In this document: positions 59,765 to 64,000 of the stretch, piece after piece
How positions within the stretch are numbered: position 1 is the first letter of the stretch
Layout: each line of letters begins with the position of its first letter
Origin: Octopus sinensis
Lineage: Eukaryota
Assembly: GCF_006345805.1 (NCBI RefSeq)
Contig: NC_042999.1
Span: forward strand, 112,840,001 to 112,904,000
Length of the DNA stretch: 64,000 bases
Reading direction: 5' to 3'
Translations under genes and position numbers: made by a program
Notes under the pieces: generated by a model
Told to the model about the DNA's origin: nothing
What the model saw: the letters and a program-made list of their open reading frames with translations, nothing else
Databases searched by the model: none

Positions 59765-62445
59765 TCATCATTGTTTAACGACTGCTTTCCATGCTAGCAT
59801 GGGTTGGACGATTTGACTGAGGACTGGCAAACCAGATGGCTGTACCAGGCTCCAATCTGATCTGGCGGAGTTTCTGCAGCTGGATGCCCTTCCTAACACC
59901 AACCACTCCGAGAGTGTAGTGGGTCTACCTCTTCCACAGGTTCCCTCAACCACTAGGGTGTGGCACTTTTTCACACAGATATCCTCATCCATTCTTGCCA
60001 CATGACCATACCAGCACAGTCATCTCTCTTGCACACCACATCTAATGCTTCTTAGGTCCAACTTTTCTCTCAAGGTACTTACACTCTGTTGAGTATGCAC
60101 AGTGACATTACACGTCTATCAGAGCATATTGGCTTCATTCCTTGTGAGCTTACGCATGTCCTCAGCAGTCATGGTCCATGTTTCACTGCAATGTAGCATA
60201 GTTGTTTGTACGCATGCCTCATACAGTCTACCTTTTACTCTGAGCAAGAGGCTCTTTGTCACCAGCAGAGGTAAGAGCTCTCTGTACTTTGCCCAGGCTA
60301 TTCTTATTCTAGCAGCTACACTTTCAGTGCACCCTCCCCTGCTACTGACTTGGTCACCTAGGTAACGGAAGCTATCAACAACTTGTAGTTTTCCTCCCTG
60401 GAATGTGGTGGAAGTTGTTCTCTGCACATTTCCAGTGTTTATTGCTCCTGAGCATCTGCCACATACAAAAACTATCTTCCCAGTTAGCCTCCTTTTGATA
60501 TTGCTGTACCTCTTATGAGTCCATGGCTTACACTGGGTACATTTTATGGAGTTTCTACCTATGCCTTTTCTACAGATCGAGCAGGGCCATCTACCTGAAG
60601 GGATTTGTAGTTTGTCTGCCTTCCTACTTATTAGGACTTTGGTTTTAGCTAGGTTGACTCTAAGGACCTTTGATTCTAATCCTTGTTTCCACACCTGAAA
60701 CTTCTCCTCTAGTTCTGATAGTGACTCAGCAATTAGAGCAAAATCGTCAGCATAGAGGAGCACCCATGGGTATCCTCTTTTGAATTCCTCTCTTATTGCT
60801 TGGAGGACTATGATAAATAGGAGGGGACTGAGGACTGAACCTTGGTGGACCCCTACATCTATCCAGAATTCTTCACTGTACTCATTGCCAACCCTCACCT
60901 TACTGACAGAATCCCTTGCACAGCTCTCACTAACCATTCATCTATCCCTAGTTTCCTCATTGACCACCAAGTAAGTGATTGGGGGACCCTATCAAAGGTT
61001 TACTCCATGTCAACGAAAGCCAGGTACAGAGATTTGTCTTTGGTTAGGTATTTCTCCTGCAGCAGTCTTACCAGAAATATAGCATTGGTGGTGCTTTTCC
61101 CTGGCACAAACCCAAACTGCATCTCATCTAAACTGACTCTCTCCCTAATTAGTTGGGCTATGACTCTTTCTGGGACCTTCATTACCTGATCCAACAACTT
61201 GATACCTCTGTAATTATTTGTATCTAGTAGTTGACTATGGTGTTGCTACATCAGTCATTGGGTATGGCTCCTTTGTGTATCACCTGGTTAACTATACAGG
61301 TGACTAGGCTACAGCCAACACTGCCAGATATTTTGAGCATCTCTGCAGTGATTCCTGATGGGCTGGGGGGGAGGGGGGGCTTTCCTTGTCTTCATACTCT
61401 TAATTGCTTTATCTACCAAGGTACTGTCAACTTGGATAGCTGGTCCCTCTGTTGGGTCGACATTTGGCAGACTCTCTTTCTCCCATTCATTTTCTTTATT
61501 GGGCAACCTTTCATAGTGGCATCTCTAAAGCTCTATCTTTGCAGCCTTGTTTAGTGCAAGTGAACCATCATCCATGCGGACACATTTCTCTTCTACAACA
61601 TCATGATTCTCTCTCACACACTGTCTTGCAACACAAAATACCTCAAGTCTTTAGTCCTCACGGCACAGAACATTGGCAAATTTTTTCTTATTTGCTTCTC
61701 CTCTGGCTAAATAAACCTGTCTCCTAGCTTCCCTTCTGGCAGTCTGATACAATTCCCTGCTACCACCGTTCTTCCAATCCTTCCAAGCCTGTTTCTTTTC
61801 TCTAATAGCCCTGTCAACAACATTATTCCACCACCACGTTATTTTGGGTCGAGAGGGACTTTGCATCATCCACAGATCTGGTCAATGGCCTTCAGCAGGT
61901 TGTCCCATAGAAACCTCCAGTTGTCTTCTACATCATGTGAAGCTATATCCTCTTCTATTTTTTCAAAGGCTTCGAGAATGTGTCTCTAAATCCCTGTCCA
62001 TTCACAGAATCTTTAAGCTTCCAGACCCTTCTCCTCCATGCTGGTCGTCTTCTGGGCATTCAGTTAGCCCTGATCCTGAAGTCACTAACTATCAGTCTAT
62101 GTTGTGGGGGTACATTCTTCGCCTGGGAAGGTTTTGGCATTTATAAGCAGCCATCTTTCCCTTTTTCTGGCGATGATGTAGTCAATTTGGCTAGTGTGTC
62201 TGCTTGAACGGTGGGTGACTGGCAGGTTTCCTGAAGTTAGCATTGCAAACAATAAGATCATTTGCTTGGTTGAACTTCAGCAGCATGGTTCCCTCCTCAT
62301 TGTAGGAACCAAAACTGTAGCCTCCATGTATGCCATGGAAGCCACCTGTATGTTGTCCAACATGTCCATTGAAGTCACCTGCCACAAAGAGAAGGTCCCT
62401 GTCATTCGCCAATGAGGTAGTCTGCAAGAGGGTATCTTAGAATCT
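59765..62445 (-). pseudogene. Decayed, 5'-truncated copy of the 38080 RTE family, with an internal deletion
   Basis: Fragmented ORFs match APE (VAGDFNGH), RT (LLYADD) and the PHD finger. The ORF end (GRGRP) joins the 3' UTR directly at an ACCC microhomology (59921-59924), deleting the equivalent of about 553 bp (41121 to 41674). Confidence 0.93.
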
Positions 62446-63249
62446 TTCAGTTTCCATTTACCTAATCTGCTCACAAAGCTTTGGTTGGCATGAGGTTATA
62501 GTAGAAGACACTTACCCAAGGTGTCATGCAATGGGACTCAACCCAGATGCATTTGGTTGGGAAGCAAGCTTCTTACCACACAGCCACACCTGCACCTATC
62601 TTAACATCTTGATATTCATCTTCACTACTTCATCCCATATTGTCCTAGATGTCTTTCACAGGGTTCTATCCACTTTGAGTGTTCATAAGTTCTTTATATA
62701 GTTGTCATACTCTATATGCATCACATGCCCACCCCAGTGCTGTCCTTTGTATAGTTTTCTCTCAGGTTATATTTATTCTGTCATTCATATACACTAGTAT
62801 TACAGATTCAGTGAAGTTTGCTAACTTCATTTTATTCTTGCCTTTCAAAATATTTTGCATTCAAGATTCATATTTCACTAACATGCAACATTATACTTGA
62901 TATACAAATTATAAACAATCTGCTTTTCACAGAGATAGAATTCCTTTGTTGTCAGCAGAAGTAGTAGCTCCTTGAACTTTCATGGCCTTGTTTTTACTCT
63001 TCTGCTCTCACTATTCTGAATATCTACCTCTGCTGCTAATTAGATCATATCAGTAAGAAAAGCTAGCAACTACTTTTAGAGTCTCCAGAACAGTTGAAAG
63101 AATTTATTTCACATGTATTCTTACTACTGACTATGCCTGTGCTTCTGCCACATAAGAAACCTATTGTCAGCTGGAATTTCTACCCACTCCTTTTCTGCTT
63201 GTTAAATATATGGCCATTTCCCTTATGGTAGCAGAGTCCTGTCTTCTTT

Positions 63250-64000
63250 TCTACTTAAGTCTTTGATAAGTTTTCTTTTGAAGCTTCTTGATTTTAAGTG
63301 TTTAAATCAGGAATTTCTTTCCTGAATAGTCTTAAGATACTACCATAAGAACCAGGTCATCATCATACAGGAGCATCCACAGGTAGCTAATCTTAAACTC
63401 CTCAGTTATAGTCAGTAAGATTATGATAATCAGGAGAGCCTGTGAGCTGAACCCTAATGGACCCTACCTGTATGGTAAATTCATCACTGAACTCTTTACT
63501 AACTTTCATCTTGCTGGTGGTGCCTCTGTAAATGGCTTCTGTGACCCTCTTAAATCATTAATTTATTCTTAGCATACTTGGCAACCACTAGATTACAGAG
63601 CATGGGAGGCCTTCTTCAGATCAACAAAAGCTAGGTACAAAGTCTTATGCCAAGTTAAGTACTTCTGCAGTTGCCTCACTAGGATGATGATAATGCTAAT
63701 ATCTCTTGCAGCACTCATCTAGGCCAATTCTCTTCCAAATCAATTGTGCAATAGCTCTTTTAATAACTTTCATAACTTGGTCAACAATTTAGTACCTCTA
63801 CAATTACCTATCCTAAGTGTTTCTTTGCTCTTATAGTAGTTAACTATCTTATTGTGCCAGTTATTAGACATGACACCTTCCTGCACTATTGTATTGGGCA
63901 TTGTACTACTGATTGAGTATGTGAGCGACTAGTACATACCAAATATTTAAAGCATCTCTTTGACTTTTCCTGACAGACCAGCTGCCTTCCTTACTTTTAT
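63250..64000 (-). pseudogene. Very decayed RTE RT fragment
   Basis: The minus strand has aattgtagaggtactaaattgttgaccaagttatgaaag (NYRGIKLLDQVMK-like) and tacctagcttttgttgatctgaagaaggc (YLAFVDLKKA). Confidence 0.65.

Noticed and set aside
56491-64000. DAGLB exon 3
   Set aside because: No segment with suitable splice sites and DAGL-like translation was found; it is presumably beyond the window.

Overview
AT-rich eukaryotic genomic DNA full of microsatellites and transposon relics. The repeat families look like those of octopus/cephalopod genomes; this is inferred from memory, not from a search. The only host gene I can support is diacylglycerol lipase beta (DAGLB). Its coding exon 1 (50088-50182) and exon 2 (56243-56490) are on the + strand, and the gene continues beyond the window. 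Mobile DNA includes: a near-intact RTE LINE with a PHD finger inside its RT (38080-41163) plus many decayed or 3'-only copies; an intact-looking Buster-type hAT transposon nested in a dead CR1 LINE; a second RTE lineage carrying a twin-priming-type 5' inversion; Helitron-type non-autonomous elements; mariner and maT relics; MITEs; tRNA-SINEs; and a tiny two-LTR element flanked by a 288-bp duplication. The most unusual signal is a set of small palindromic (fold-back) elements carrying Penelope-type minimal hammerhead ribozyme motifs. One family fuses a tRNA-derived Pol III head to a hammerhead in a head-to-head palindrome (5138-5560 and 23352-23638). A different, nearly complete type I hammerhead lies at 14883-14945. 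Most short ORFs in the supplied track are microsatellite or antisense artefacts.
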